64,000 nt of DNA from Savitreella phatthalungensis (lineage: Eukaryota): NCBI GenBank assembly GCA_051599415.1, contig AP039714.1, forward strand, positions 124,001 through 188,000, read 5' to 3'. The position numbers and the translations under genes are program-made. Within the stretch, counting starts at the first letter, position 1; each line of letters begins with the position of its first letter. The notes beneath the pieces were generated by a model. The model was not told the origin of the DNA and did not search any database. It saw only the letters and a list, made by a program, of their open reading frames with translations. Positions 42,419 through 53,732 of the stretch are shown piece after piece.

Positions 42419-44611
42419 TTATTCTATGCGGAGACCTTCGATTGTGAGGTGACCTGTGATGCTAGGACTAGTGGTCGTGTTTGGAAACGTTGGCGCAGGC
42501 GCAGATGCAAGCGCCGGCGCAGGGCGGTGGATGAACCAGCGCGGAAAATCTACTTCGAGTGCAGGCGCAATGACGCTGTGTGCACGAGGAGTCGTCGCCC
42601 TGTGGAACGCGTCCAAGTCGTCCAGCAGGACCGACCACTCTGATAACGAGCGTGTCCACAGCTGCTTGCGAGCTGGACCAAGTGGGATCGGCAGGATCGC
42701 CTCGTCTGAGGCATGAATGTCTCGAGACGGACTGGAAGACGAGAAGGAAGAGGCAGACACACCAGGGCAATAAGCCGGCAGCCTACCGTGACGAGCGAGG
42801 CCCATCACGCCGTCGAGGAAGGCCACCGCGTCTGCATCGTTCGTCAGTGACCAGCGCTTGCCCACGAACTCCTGAACAAACTTGTATCGAGGCGCTGACA
42901 GGACGGGATCCCGGACGAGGGGCGGTCGCGTTGGTGAGGTCGTCGCCATGATCGTCGACGGTGTAGGCGTCGGCATGGTTGCTGGGCCGGTAGAAGCTGC
43001 AAGCATTGGTGGTGACTGCGGCAGCGGAGGTGTCGTCGGCGACGTCGGGGTGCCCTCCGCCCAGAAACCTCTAAGGAGTCCGATTGTCTTCTTTCGAAGG
43101 AGTTCTGCAGCGTACTCGACCGTGCTGCCAGACTCCTCCTCGTCGTATGTGGCAAACATGCTCGACGGTGCTTCGCCAGCGCGTGGGGACGGGGATGCCA
43201 CGACCGCAGCCGGCGATCGAACCAGAGGCTGAGAGCCGCCTCGCGGTTGCGGTGGCGCGGCCATCTGTCGAATGACGAAGCGTTTGTTCGGGATCGGACT
43301 GCCTGGCAGACAGTCGCGCAGCTGGCAGTTTTCCTGCAATCCGGTCTCAAAGGCAACGCGAAGCATCTGTCGCAGCCGGCGCGGATGCGTCCGTGCGACC
43401 TTGAAAGCGAGCAGCCGCATGTAGTGGTCACGAACGATGCCTGACCAATGGGCGAAGAAGAACTCCCACTGATCGCGGGACAGAAGCAAGTCGATGCAGT
43501 GGGCACCAAGCGGATTCGTGTCCCAGCTGTCGTATAGCAAAGCAAACGCGCGAATCTGGAGGACGTGGTTGTCTGTTGCAAGGATCCGACGGAGGACCTC
43601 GTGCCAGAAATCGAGCTGCTGCAGCTGGAGGTCACGCATGAAGTCCATCAGGTAGAAGCAGGCTACAGGCTTGAACACGGGTGTTTTCTTAGCCACGCGT
43701 ACAAGACAGTCCTCGAGCAAGCTGGCGAACGGACCTTGCGTATCGACGACGAGTCTGTGGAGGTTCGCGAGACGGTAGGTCGGCGCGGTAGTGACATCAA
43801 TCACTCGACCAATCATCTGCTCAAGACGCGAAGCCATGACGCCGCCTTCATCCGAATGCGCAGGCTCTCGCTCATACACGGACTTAGTCAATTCCACGAA
43901 TACCTCGATCGACTTTGCCCTTTTGATCCACGGTTGATTATCACGTGTATGTGTCGGGTCGCGAAAGAGTCCTCTGAGGATGTTTCGGGTAGGCGCATGA
44001 TGGAGATAACCGACGGCGAGTAGGCGTGCGAACGGCGCAGTCGGGATCACGGTAGATGGCTGGCACAAGAGCGTGCTCAGCGTCAACTCGAAGTGCGCAT
44101 CCCATAGGGACGATGCTATCGACGATGGATGGCCGGCGAAGGCGATGACGGTGGTCGTGGTCGCTGCACAAGGTCTGCTGACGAGGAGCAGATGGTTCCA
44201 CCACTTGAGGACGACGTTAACATCTTGTGCGTCCAGTGAATTTCCAAGGAGTGGAAGGATGGTATGAAGCGTGCGTGCAGACTCGTTGGCGACGTAGGAT
44301 CGAAAAGCGAGTTCGAGCTTCGATGCGGGCTCAGGCGAAGGTGAGCGCGAGCTCCCTGTCAGAGAGCCATTGTCTGTGATGAGCGAGGGAGGCCTGGAGG
44401 GATCTGCGGCCGCCGGCGGCGTGACCTGAATTGCTACAGTCTTTGTTGCGGCTGCCACAGATTTTGTGAAGCCACCGAGGAAGAGACCAGCTCCCTGGCG
44501 CTTGGCTTTGAGATTAGTGCGCAACGCTGGAATGGCATTCAGCACCCTCAATGGGGAAGAATTAGTTGTATGCGGTACTGCTCCCGATGCCGAAACCGCT
44601 GCCGATGCCAT
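42419..44611 (-). CDS. DUF1765 (UPF0592 / Ahk1-like) protein
   Basis: WWNHLL; FWHEVLRRIL..DN...IRAFALLYDSW; FFAHWSGIVRDHYMRLLAFKVAR; RSLSEW. First ATG is at 44611. Confidence 0.75.
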   Translation of the reverse strand: MASAAVSASGAVPHTTNSSPLRVLNAIPALRTNLKAKRQGAGLFLGGFTKSVAAATKTVAIQVTPPAAADPSRPPSLITDNGSLTGSSRSPSPEPASKLELAFRSYVANESARTLHTILPLLGNSLDAQDVNVVLKWWNHLLLVSRPCAATTTTVIAFAGHPSSIASSLWDAHFELTLSTLLCQPSTVIPTAPFARLLAVGYLHHAPTRNILRGLFRDPTHTRDNQPWIKRAKSIEVFVELTKSVYEREPAHSDEGGVMASRLEQMIGRVIDVTTAPTYRLANLHRLVVDTQGPFASLLEDCLVRVAKKTPVFKPVACFYLMDFMRDLQLQQLDFWHEVLRRILATDNHVLQIRAFALLYDSWDTNPLGAHCIDLLLSRDQWEFFFAHWSGIVRDHYMRLLAFKVARTHPRRLRQMLRVAFETGLQENCQLRDCLPGSPIPNKRFVIRQMAAPPQPRGGSQPLVRSPAAVVASPSPRAGEAPSSMFATYDEEESGSTVEYAAELLRKKTIGLLRGFWAEGTPTSPTTPPLPQSPPMLAASTGPATMPTPTPSTIMATTSPTRPPLVRDPVLSAPRYKFVQEFVGKRWSLTNDADAVAFLDGVMGLARHGRLPAYCPGVSASSFSSSSPSRDIHASDEAILPIPLGPARKQLWTRSLSEWSVLLDDLDAFHRATTPRAHSVIAPALEVDFPRWFIHRPAPALASAPAPTFPNTTTSPSITGHLTIEGLRIE

Positions 44612-45525
44612 GGCAGACGTTGTCCGATCGATGTGACATGGCGGAGGTGGTGTAATAGCCTGTCCTCGCATTGTCGTCTGGGAGAAGGCGGGCGAGTGTA
44701 TGGGCAGGATCGCGCGTCCGAACGTGCGTGAGCGACTGCGACTGTGGGTGCAAGTGTGGGCGTCGGTGCGGGCGTGTGGGAGCTTGCGTGCGTGTGACTG
44801 CGTGCGAGGCGTTCAGTAGAGAATGTCGGGTTCGGTGTGTGCTAGATCAGATGACCTGTTGTTTCATGATGACCTTGTGGCTTGCTCGACTCGGTGATTA
44901 TAGCTCTGGACCTATCGGCTGTTGTGCAGCCTGCTACCCGGCTAGCTTGCTGGAAGGTGGAGATGACGGGGCGCTGAGCGCCAGATGTGTCCTTGCGACT
45001 CAAGCAGACGTTGAGCGTTTTCCCTTGCTTAGCAGCCAAGAAGGTCTGTGCGCGCGGAACTTGGTGCGCTGTACGAGCAATGCAGGAAGCACTTCGATAA
45101 AAAGCGCTACCTTTTGTGTGATGACTGTGAGACTAGCAATCAATATCCTGCCCTGACCTGCGAAGTTGTCGAGTTACTATAAGGCTTGACTTACTGCTGT
45201 CGCTGAGACTGGCTGACAGAGTAAAGACGATTTGGAGGCCCGCTGTACAGGATCGAGGAGCTCCTCAATTGATTACTGAGGTCGGTCTGTCACGCGGACA
45301 GTTGTTCACGAGCTGCTTACTACTGGGTGGTAGCTTCGCCTTGGACCACTGACAGATACCGAGTGGGAGCTGGAGACGAAGCTGTCCTCAGCAGGAGCTT
45401 CGTCCGCGTGAGTGCCTGCTTGCTTGCTTGCTTGTTTGCGCAGCTAGTGCGATTGTTTTGTGAATTTGGATTGGATTGAATCGAGTGTTTTCCTTTTTTC
45501 CGTTTGACTAGACTCAGTCAATCAC

Positions 45526-45557
45526 TCAGTCAGTCAGTCAGTCAGTCAGTCAGTCAG
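45526..45557. repeat. (TCAG)8 microsatellite
   Basis: Perfect tetranucleotide run; a (TGCT)n run lies at about 45417-45433. Confidence 0.88.
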
Positions 45558-47244
45558 TTAGTCTGTCAGTCCAAGATTATCCTCATCCACTCTCCTAATT
45601 CTCTTTGGAATTTCTATCTTCTTTTGATTGTCCGTATCTTAAGCTTTTCTGTTTGTTCATCAAATATGTCTCTAAATCTTTGATGCTTTTTCCTCGCTTG
45701 CGCTTCTGCAGCTAGTCTAATCTTACTCGACCACAAGCGTTCGACCTGGATCAGTTCGCAAGAAAGAATCGATCCGATCCGCTGGTTCATCCGCTTGTCT
45801 GCCTTCTCAGTTATGATTGAGCTGGCATTCACCAAATCATATCTCCGAAAGGTTTGCTGACGATGAAGTTGTTTGATTCTTCAGATTGGAAAGGCTAGAT
45901 GACGATACGATCAGCCTCATTCAGATTCTATATTCAGCTCTGGCTCAGATTGAGGTCAAATCAACAAGACTCCCGGACGGAAATACATCAGAGCTAGGGA
46001 TTTTATACTACTAGCTTACCCGCTTCTTCAGTCAATTACTTACTCATTCAGCCAATCCAGCGAGGTTGCTATTCCTGTCTCTCGTCTGGTGCGGCGATAG
46101 GGTGACGATCGAGTCCACCGGCAGATGGAAAGTTAGCAAACGACCGAGCAACTTACCGGGTTACACGATCTGAATACGAGACGATCTGGAATCATCAGTC
46201 TCACTCTTGGTAGACCAGAGCTGTCGCGTGAGGTTGTATTCTTTAGCTATGCTGCGAAATAAAACGTAAATTGTAACGAAAGAATCTGGAGGATCTGCAG
46301 TCTCCGTACGTTTCCCCGCCCTCCGTAGCTCAGACACATGTCCTATAAGTCCGATGTCGTGACAGACTCTATGCTTTGGTTAGAGCTCAGTACTCTCTCA
46401 TTCCATCGTCCCCCTGATGATCAATCTTAATTGTGTTGCATACCACGCGCCTTTGCATGTTTCCAATTTCAGCTCATCTCCCCTGATTGTATCTGGAGCA
46501 GGCCGAAGGTTTTCATCGATCGACTCTTGGATCTATTTCCTTTCAAGGCACACTTCATCTCATGCCATCATCATCCGTTCTGACCCCTGTTGACTACCCT
46601 CATGCAGGAATCTTGCATTTCCAATACAGTCAGATTGACGAACCCCTGTGTTTTGAATTGAGCTGAAGCTAATCACAGAAGGGAAAGGAACGAGTCCTTG
46701 GTGCGAAAGGGTTGATTAGTGAGACATGTGCGGAAGATTGGTTTGGCCTGGGTGAGATTGAAAGCATTCCTTCAATGACGTCGGTTACTCGATCCAGGCG
46801 ATTGAAATTCCTCCCATATTTGCATCTTTCCACCCGGTCAAAACTGCTCTTCCATCACTCCCACAATGTAGCGCGAGCCGGATCGTGCAAAACCGGATGC
46901 ATTTGATCGGAATGCGCCTCGCTTTACACGTGAAGACTAACGGAGAATATTACGATCCGTGGCGGAATCATTAGGCTCCGATAGTGCCAGATCGAAACCC
47001 CGGATCTCGGTCAGAGATCCTCGGCACAGATCCGCGATCTCAAGTCATTTGAAGTAGCTTGACAGACGCGAAGACACAGACAAAGCACGGAGAGGCCAGG
47101 GATATCTCCCCACTCGACAACACAAGGGACAAACTAATGGAGGCTATCAGATAATGTACATGAAATATGTCCTGTCGTAGATCTGCAATATAGTATACTT
47201 GTTTCCGAGATCCTGGTGCGGGAGACTGCGCCACCCAGTAGCGG

Positions 47245-48747
47245 CTAGTAGATGAATCTGGTCGGGTGGACGGCGATGCCCTGTGCTTCTTCCCTGTCCA
47301 TGCGGGCGTTGTCGCGCTTCAGGTGGAATTTGAGTACCTGGCACATGATGACGGTAACGGCGCAGCCAGCGAGGTTGATCAGCATCGCCGTCACGTACCT
47401 GGGTGCTCCGCCGACCGTTCCGTCAGAGTAGTAGAAGTACGGGGTGGCGATCGAGGCGGCATTTGTAGCAGCATTGATGAAGGCCAAAGCGACTGCACGC
47501 TTGCCAGCAGGCCGAGGAATCGAGTTTGAAATCCATGCGAGCGCAGTCGGGTAGTTCGTGTACAGGCCTGGGATCACGAGCATCATCGACAGATACCGTG
47601 CAGCTGGATTGGTAGTCGATGCAGCGATGATGAACGCCACAATCGCCACAGACAGTGACGCGGTGATGTGCCATGTGCGCTCCTGGGTTTTGTCGGCGTG
47701 AACGACAGAAGGGAAGAGGGTAAAGAGGCAGAGGATGTAAGGTGGTGCGGTGAGCAGGAGCGACTGGACCTTTGTGAATTTGCCAATGCCAGCGACGACG
47801 GACGGGAAGAAGTTGGTGATGCCAGCTGCCATCACGATGCCGAGGACGATGACTAAGAGCATGTAGGTACGAATGTCGGAGAAGGCCTGCTTCAGACTTG
47901 TCCACACGCTGACGGCCTTGTCGCCGTGCTCGTCCACCTCGCCTGCGTCAACCTCGAGACGCCAGACGGCAAGCTGGCGCTCGCGCGGCGACAACCACTT
48001 CGTGGTCTGCGGGAAGTTTGGCATGACGAAGATGGCGACGGCAGCGACCGCAATTGTAACAGCGCCCTCGATGATGAACAGCCATCGCCACGCACGCAGA
48101 CCGAGCTTGTGATCCATTCCCTTGAGCACACCGGCGGCAAGCAGACCGCCAACAGCGCCAGACACGATCGACCCGGAGTATAGAACAGCAGTGCGAATGC
48201 CGAGCTCCTTGCGCGGGTACCATGATGAGATGTAGAAGAGTGCTGCTGGGAAGAAGACGGACTCGACGAGACCGAGGATGGCGCGACAAGCGACGAGGTG
48301 GTGGTAATCCTGGCAAGCGGCCGTCGCAGCAGATACGCCGCCCCACACTGTCACGCATGTGCACAGGTAGACAGCCGGCCTTGACAGCCTGCTGAGCAAC
48401 AGGTTCGACGGCACCTGACCGAGACAGTAGCCCACAAACAGGATCGAGATCACTGTGCTCCACTGCGTGCTGCTGATCTTGAGTTCCTCCGTCAGCCCTG
48501 CGAGCTTTGCTGCTGCTGCAGCGTTTCTGTCGAGGTAATTTGTGAGGTAGAGTGTCCAGAGCGGCACCATCAGGCGCAGGTCCACCTTGCGCGACAGCTT
48601 CTTGGACTCGACTGCGAGTTCATCAAGGGAGGAGTCTGCAAGCTCAGAGTATTTGGCCTTGCATCGCTCAGCGAATGAGGTTTGCGCAGCGCTGTCTACC
48701 GATACAGCTTTTTCCAACTGGTGAAGTTCGACCTTAGTGTCGGACAT
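47245..48747 (-). CDS. MFS transporter, anion:cation symporter (Dal5/Tna1-like) family
   Basis: KVDLRL; YLDR; QVPSNLLL; SSWYPRKELGIR; WRWLFIIEG; WLSPRER; about 12 TM segments. Confidence 0.93.
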   Translation of the reverse strand: MSDTKVELHQLEKAVSVDSAAQTSFAERCKAKYSELADSSLDELAVESKKLSRKVDLRLMVPLWTLYLTNYLDRNAAAAAKLAGLTEELKISSTQWSTVISILFVGYCLGQVPSNLLLSRLSRPAVYLCTCVTVWGGVSAATAACQDYHHLVACRAILGLVESVFFPAALFYISSWYPRKELGIRTAVLYSGSIVSGAVGGLLAAGVLKGMDHKLGLRAWRWLFIIEGAVTIAVAAVAIFVMPNFPQTTKWLSPRERQLAVWRLEVDAGEVDEHGDKAVSVWTSLKQAFSDIRTYMLLVIVLGIVMAAGITNFFPSVVAGIGKFTKVQSLLLTAPPYILCLFTLFPSVVHADKTQERTWHITASLSVAIVAFIIAASTTNPAARYLSMMLVIPGLYTNYPTALAWISNSIPRPAGKRAVALAFINAATNAASIATPYFYYSDGTVGGAPRYVTAMLINLAGCAVTVIMCQVLKFHLKRDNARMDREEAQGIAVHPTRFIY

Positions 48748-49510
48748 GTTTGCAGAGAGAGGTGATTAGAGAGTAGAAGATGGGGATCTGGGGATGAGCG
48801 CGGGGATGCGCTTTATATTCTCCGTCAGGCTCCTTGTGTCCGTACCGAACTTTTGTCGTCGTTCGACGTCGTCCCTTGCGGGATTTTGTGGGGGGAGTAT
48901 TGTGAGCCGCGCCCAGGCAATGAATTTGTCCGATGGGATGGATGGAGACACTTACGACGGTGCGGGTTGAAGCAGGGAAGGTGGGTGGGCGAGTTAAGGT
49001 TCCTGGCTCACGAGGCTATTCCCCCACGCCCGTGCTCAAGAGCTACCCACACTTACTCCTCCTCCTTCTCCTTCCCATCTTGCATCTCAAGGGCACTCAG
49101 ATATGCGTTTGTCGTCCCGCACAAAAATCTTCATTCAATTGTCCTTCGACAGTATTGGATCCCTTAAAGTTTTATAACCACGATGCCATTGAGATAAGCA
49201 ACAATTTAAATTTTGTCAGCTCAAATCAAGATGGATGAATATCGTATTTTCAAAATCGTGTATAAGCACGCGAAAGTTGTGAACACGCAGCAACTGATGA
49301 CCATGAGATCGCATCGAAGAACCGTGCGTATCTTTGCGCGTTCCGGTAGACACCAGTCAATGTCTTCCATATGATTGTTCGCTTCTGTCCAGCTAGAGTC
49401 ACAGATCGCCAGACTTGTACTTTACACTCCGCGCATGACAAGATATCCTTCATAATGAATTTGCTCGCTAAGAATGACTTAAAAACAACCCACTCTTTGA
49501 ATTTGACCAA

Positions 49511-51898
49511 TCACGGCTCAACTTCGATTTCTGGTTCTGCGGGAGGTGCAGGCACTGCGGGAGAGCTTTCGAAGGTGTCCCGCGCTTCAAGGTCGGCTTC
49601 AGGTGGGGTGGGCTTCGATGCAGGGAGGTCGCCTGAATGCGTTGGAGCTGTGGTCGAGTCCGCCGGGGGTCCCTTGTGATCCACGACTACGTCACCCTCG
49701 TGCTCCACGGATGCCCCACGAAGTACCGTCATCGACTCTCCCGTTGAGACAGACACAGGCACCGAACCTGTCTGGATGCCCATCGATCGCATCTCTACTC
49801 CAAAGCGGGAAGTCATAAGCGGACCGATTGTCAACGCGCTTCCGGTCGATGTTGCCTCTTGAACCTTGTCTTTCTCTGCCTCTTCCTGAAGACCACTTTC
49901 ATCCTTTTGAGCGGCGCGACGACGTGCTGGCCCTCTTGCCCGACCTTTACGCGCGTCCTCGAGCTGTTTCGGTTCTTCTGGCTCGGTAGACGCGCTCTCT
50001 TCCTGAACGATCTGCTTCTTCGGTGGGAGCTGAGGCCCTGAGCGGAGCTTCGCCTCTAGTGCGCTCGCGAACGCAGACTTGGCTCCAGTCAGCTTGCCCG
50101 GTTGTGGTCTGGCCGGCACTATAGGCTTGGGAGCAGCGATCGGACGTGCTTGCGTGGTGTCGTCGACTTGTCGTGCACTTGTCTCTGCCTCCTTGGAAGA
50201 CGTCAGTTCTTGCTGCGGATCCTGCTTTTGTGGCCTGCGAGGGACTGCAGGCGTATTGACGGCAGGTTGCGTGGTCGAGCCGGGTCTGCGGGGCACAGCC
50301 GGTGCGGCTTGAGGCTTAACTTGCTCCTGCATGTGAATCTCCCCAGACGTATCGGCCTTCTGATCCCTCGCGCTTGTCATGAGGGCAGCAGCTGGGATGG
50401 CGGCACCGGCAGCCGCAACTGCGCTGCCTCCGAGGAACTTCTCAGCCATGCTCGGTTCGACGTCGTCCTTCGGCTTGAAGCTCGTTGTCGGCGATTCGGC
50501 CGCGAACTTTTCCTCTCGCGCCGCAGAATTCGTCGGCGGGTTCTGGAGATGAAGATCCCGCTCGGACGCAGGGACGTTGCCGGTCGGAATTGCTGATCTC
50601 GGTGGGACGTCGTCGTCCGCGTCGTTGCCGCGTGCACGCTCCATTTCCGCAAGGCTTGGGTAAGATGTTCCACGCTCGAGCGAGAGCTTGCCGTCGCGCA
50701 GTAGTGTTGCTCTTGCAGCACTCGCGTGATCGACGCCTTCGTCACTTGCCCGCTTGTCAGTGACAAGACCCGCGCTTGCGAGTTTTGCATATTCGTTGTT
50801 CGCCATGAGCTCGGCAGCACGAAGCCACGCCGGTCTCGCGTCGGACGACTCCCAATCTTGAACAGGTGCCGGCGCATCTGCCGTCCGCTTCTCCGGCTGC
50901 GCGATGTGGTCGGCAAGCGTTCGGATCTGAGCCGCACGGACTGTCTCTGTAGATGCAGTCAGGTCCTCGACACCGTGCACGGTGCCTTCTTGACCGACCT
51001 CGAGTGTCTTCTTTGTGCCGTCCCTGGACTCGGAGTTCTCGTCGAAAGGCAAGCCCGCACTGCCTTCGCCGTCTTTCGTGTACGCACCCTCGATACCAGG
51101 CCGTTCTTCTGTCTTCATCGGCCGGGTCGGTGGCACAGGCTTGTGGTCGCCGGCGAAGTTGCCGAGCGGTGCAAACGTCTCTCCTGTCGGCTCGATTGGT
51201 AGCTTCGTGTCCACCGGTCGGTTTGAGACTTGATCAACCGGTTCTGCTTTCGAGACGCGCTGAATGAAGTCGAGTGCCTCGCCGTCCATCCAGCCGGGCA
51301 CGCCATCCTTCTTTGCCTTGCTCTCGTCAATGCCGTAGATCATCTGGGCGTGCGAGTGAAGTTCCTCCGGATCCCGGAAGTCCTCAATTGATTTTGTAGG
51401 GATCTTGTCCAGGTTCTTGTACGGACTTGGATGGAGGCGGTAGCTCGGGCTCGGTGTGATGATGATTCTGCCTGCACGAGGATCAAGTGGCACTACAGCT
51501 TCTGGTAGCTTTCTTGGCTGGACAGGTGAGCTTGCGCGGTCATGGTGGTGCCTGACGCCGTCAGCATCCACGTCTGGGTCGTACTCAAATGTCATCTCGC
51601 TCCGCTCGGATGTGAACGAAGGGCGAGAACGGTTCGATGGAGGTCTGAGCGGATGTGCGTGCTTGCTCGTAGGTCTGGTGCCCAGAAGACTCGGGGTCCA
51701 GTCACCGTGGCCCTCGGCGTGGTGGTTACCAGGGTGTCTGTAACCATCTCCGTCCACGTCTGGCTCATACTCGTGCGTAACGTCGGACAGATCGACCTGT
51801 GACCTTGCAAGTGGGCTGCTCGACATGTAGGAGGACATATCATGCTGGCGAGTCGGATTCACTGCCCTAGGCGCGTGAAAGTGCGAGGACGACGGCAT
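49511..51898 (-). CDS. AIM21: Aim21-like actin-regulatory disordered protein
   Basis: Pro-rich VPRRP and PKPIVPARP; KSAFASALEAKLRSGP; LEDARKGRARGPARRR. Confidence 0.7.
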   Translation of the reverse strand: MPSSSHFHAPRAVNPTRQHDMSSYMSSSPLARSQVDLSDVTHEYEPDVDGDGYRHPGNHHAEGHGDWTPSLLGTRPTSKHAHPLRPPSNRSRPSFTSERSEMTFEYDPDVDADGVRHHHDRASSPVQPRKLPEAVVPLDPRAGRIIITPSPSYRLHPSPYKNLDKIPTKSIEDFRDPEELHSHAQMIYGIDESKAKKDGVPGWMDGEALDFIQRVSKAEPVDQVSNRPVDTKLPIEPTGETFAPLGNFAGDHKPVPPTRPMKTEERPGIEGAYTKDGEGSAGLPFDENSESRDGTKKTLEVGQEGTVHGVEDLTASTETVRAAQIRTLADHIAQPEKRTADAPAPVQDWESSDARPAWLRAAELMANNEYAKLASAGLVTDKRASDEGVDHASAARATLLRDGKLSLERGTSYPSLAEMERARGNDADDDVPPRSAIPTGNVPASERDLHLQNPPTNSAAREEKFAAESPTTSFKPKDDVEPSMAEKFLGGSAVAAAGAAIPAAALMTSARDQKADTSGEIHMQEQVKPQAAPAVPRRPGSTTQPAVNTPAVPRRPQKQDPQQELTSSKEAETSARQVDDTTQARPIAAPKPIVPARPQPGKLTGAKSAFASALEAKLRSGPQLPPKKQIVQEESASTEPEEPKQLEDARKGRARGPARRRAAQKDESGLQEEAEKDKVQEATSTGSALTIGPLMTSRFGVEMRSMGIQTGSVPVSVSTGESMTVLRGASVEHEGDVVVDHKGPPADSTTAPTHSGDLPASKPTPPEADLEARDTFESSPAVPAPPAEPEIEVEP

Positions 51899-52269
51899 CG
51901 AGCTGCTTATCGTTAATCACTGAGGTGCTAGTGTATCGTAAGCTGGTCTAGAGACGAACGTGTATCTTGAGTACGGGTGAATATCGATACGGAGATCGAT
52001 CGATCGGTCGGTCACGATGATGATTCTGCACGTGTATTTGATATCGGTATCGTACGTGGGGGCAAATTCTGTGTGATCTATCCTTGATTCACGTGCGGAA
52101 AATTGAGTTCCTGTAGGCATATCAACCGCGTTTCCGGGCCAGGAGATGCGCAGATACCAGGCTCAGAGATCGTGCGTGATGTATTAGGGTTTCGTTAGGG
52201 GTCTCGTCGGCTGTTGTCTCGTGAAATCCTCTCTCTAGAGCGAACTATGTACATTTCCGGCAGACTGCC

Positions 52270-53391
52270 TTACTTGACAAAGTCGAGCACAGCTGCATTG
52301 AAGTCAGCCGGGTTGTCGAGGTAGACGTGGTGTCCTGCATCAGAGATGACCTCACACTGAGAGTCTCCACCTTTGGAACGTGCGATCGACGAGGCCTGCG
52401 CGCCAGCCTTGACGTCCATCCAGTCGCGGTCGCCGTAAAGGAGAAGCGTCTTGCAGTGCGTGGGAATCGAGTTAAGAAGATGGTCCCGAGCATAGGCGCC
52501 AGGAGCGAGCAGGTAGGCGAGCGCATACTCGCCGGAACCCTTTCGCCTGAAGATCTCATACGCATACGCGTGAAGCAGATCGCGTTCCTCCAAGGATAAA
52601 TGGCCGAATCGCCGATACGTCCACGCGGACACGACTTTTGGCCCGAACACTGTCCCAAAACGGACGAAACTGAATGGCGAAACATTCGCCTCCCACAAAG
52701 TTGTTACCCAGCGAGGCAGGGGCTGAACTGCAGGCTTGCTCTCCGGTGGCTCGAGCTCCGAAGCGACAGTCGTCGGAGGCGTCTCCGTATGGTAAGGGTT
52801 TTTCGGGATGCCGACGGGGGAGACGAGGACCAGCTTTTCTACGCGGTCGGGGTACTTGTTAGCATACCGAGTAGCCAGATAGCCACCGAGGGAGTGCGCA
52901 ACCAGGACGATCTGCTCGAGCCGACGTATCTCTCGCCACTCCTCGATCGCATCCAGGAAAAAGTCCTCAGCCTCACGGACCTTAGCAACTGGATCCTTCG
53001 CATGCACTTTGAATGCTGGGCGGGAGGACAATCCCATGCCGAGAAGGTCCAAAGCGTAGATTCCCCAACCACGAGTCACAAGTGACGACAATCCCTCGAA
53101 ATTCCTGAAAAAGAGTCCGAGACCAGCGCCGTAACCATGAAGGATGACCATATTGCTCGTCGCGGGCTTTCCATCCGTTGCACGGATGTGAACTTCATTC
53201 AAGACACGATCTCTGCCTGTGAGAGTCACGAATGATTGAATTGCTGTACGGTGGTCAGGCTTGGTGAAGAACTTGGAGATTTCCAGAATTCTATTCTGTG
53301 TCGCAAGACCAGAAGTGCTCGTCGTCCCCCACCATTGCGCCAACGAGGCCGAATACCCGAGTGGGAACCTCCCGGTCGACGTGGTAGCCAT
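52270..53391 (-). CDS. CLD1: Alpha/beta hydrolase, Cld1/ABHD4-5-like (cardiolipin deacylase-like)
   Basis: HGYGAGLGLF; DLLGMGLSSRP; AHSLGGY; SGEY; YGDRDWMD; GHHVYLDNP (HX4D). Confidence 0.82.
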   Translation of the reverse strand: MATTSTGRFPLGYSASLAQWWGTTSTSGLATQNRILEISKFFTKPDHRTAIQSFVTLTGRDRVLNEVHIRATDGKPATSNMVILHGYGAGLGLFFRNFEGLSSLVTRGWGIYALDLLGMGLSSRPAFKVHAKDPVAKVREAEDFFLDAIEEWREIRRLEQIVLVAHSLGGYLATRYANKYPDRVEKLVLVSPVGIPKNPYHTETPPTTVASELEPPESKPAVQPLPRWVTTLWEANVSPFSFVRFGTVFGPKVVSAWTYRRFGHLSLEERDLLHAYAYEIFRRKGSGEYALAYLLAPGAYARDHLLNSIPTHCKTLLLYGDRDWMDVKAGAQASSIARSKGGDSQCEVISDAGHHVYLDNPADFNAAVLDFVK

Positions 53392-53732
53392 GACGCGCGT
53401 CTTTACCTACACACGAGGCCTTCGTACATCTATTGTTTAGACTATTCGAACACGACCGAATGTTATCCATCTATGACGATTGTAAGGTATCCATATATAT
53501 TTGCATTTGTAATACTCTGAATCTATAAATCGAAGAAGAAAAAGTAGCAGTTGAAACTCTTCAGCAACTAATTGCGTACATAGTGCCGCTGCCGCACCCA
53601 AATTCGCAACTTTGACGGTAGAGGATTTTTGTGTCAATTGAATGCAGAAAGTAAATGAGAACTTGACGAGATCAGACATAAACATGTGCTGCCACCATAT
53701 GCGCAATAGGTGGTGCACAACGTTGACAGAAT

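Noticed and set aside
46954..47006. tRNA-like hints (GATCCG...CGGATC ends, TGGCGGAAT, ATCGAAACC)
   Set aside because: Only about 53 nt; T-stem and anticodon stem do not pair
52184..52201. Two TTAGGG words
   Set aside because: Not tandem; neither a telomeric array nor a telomerase template
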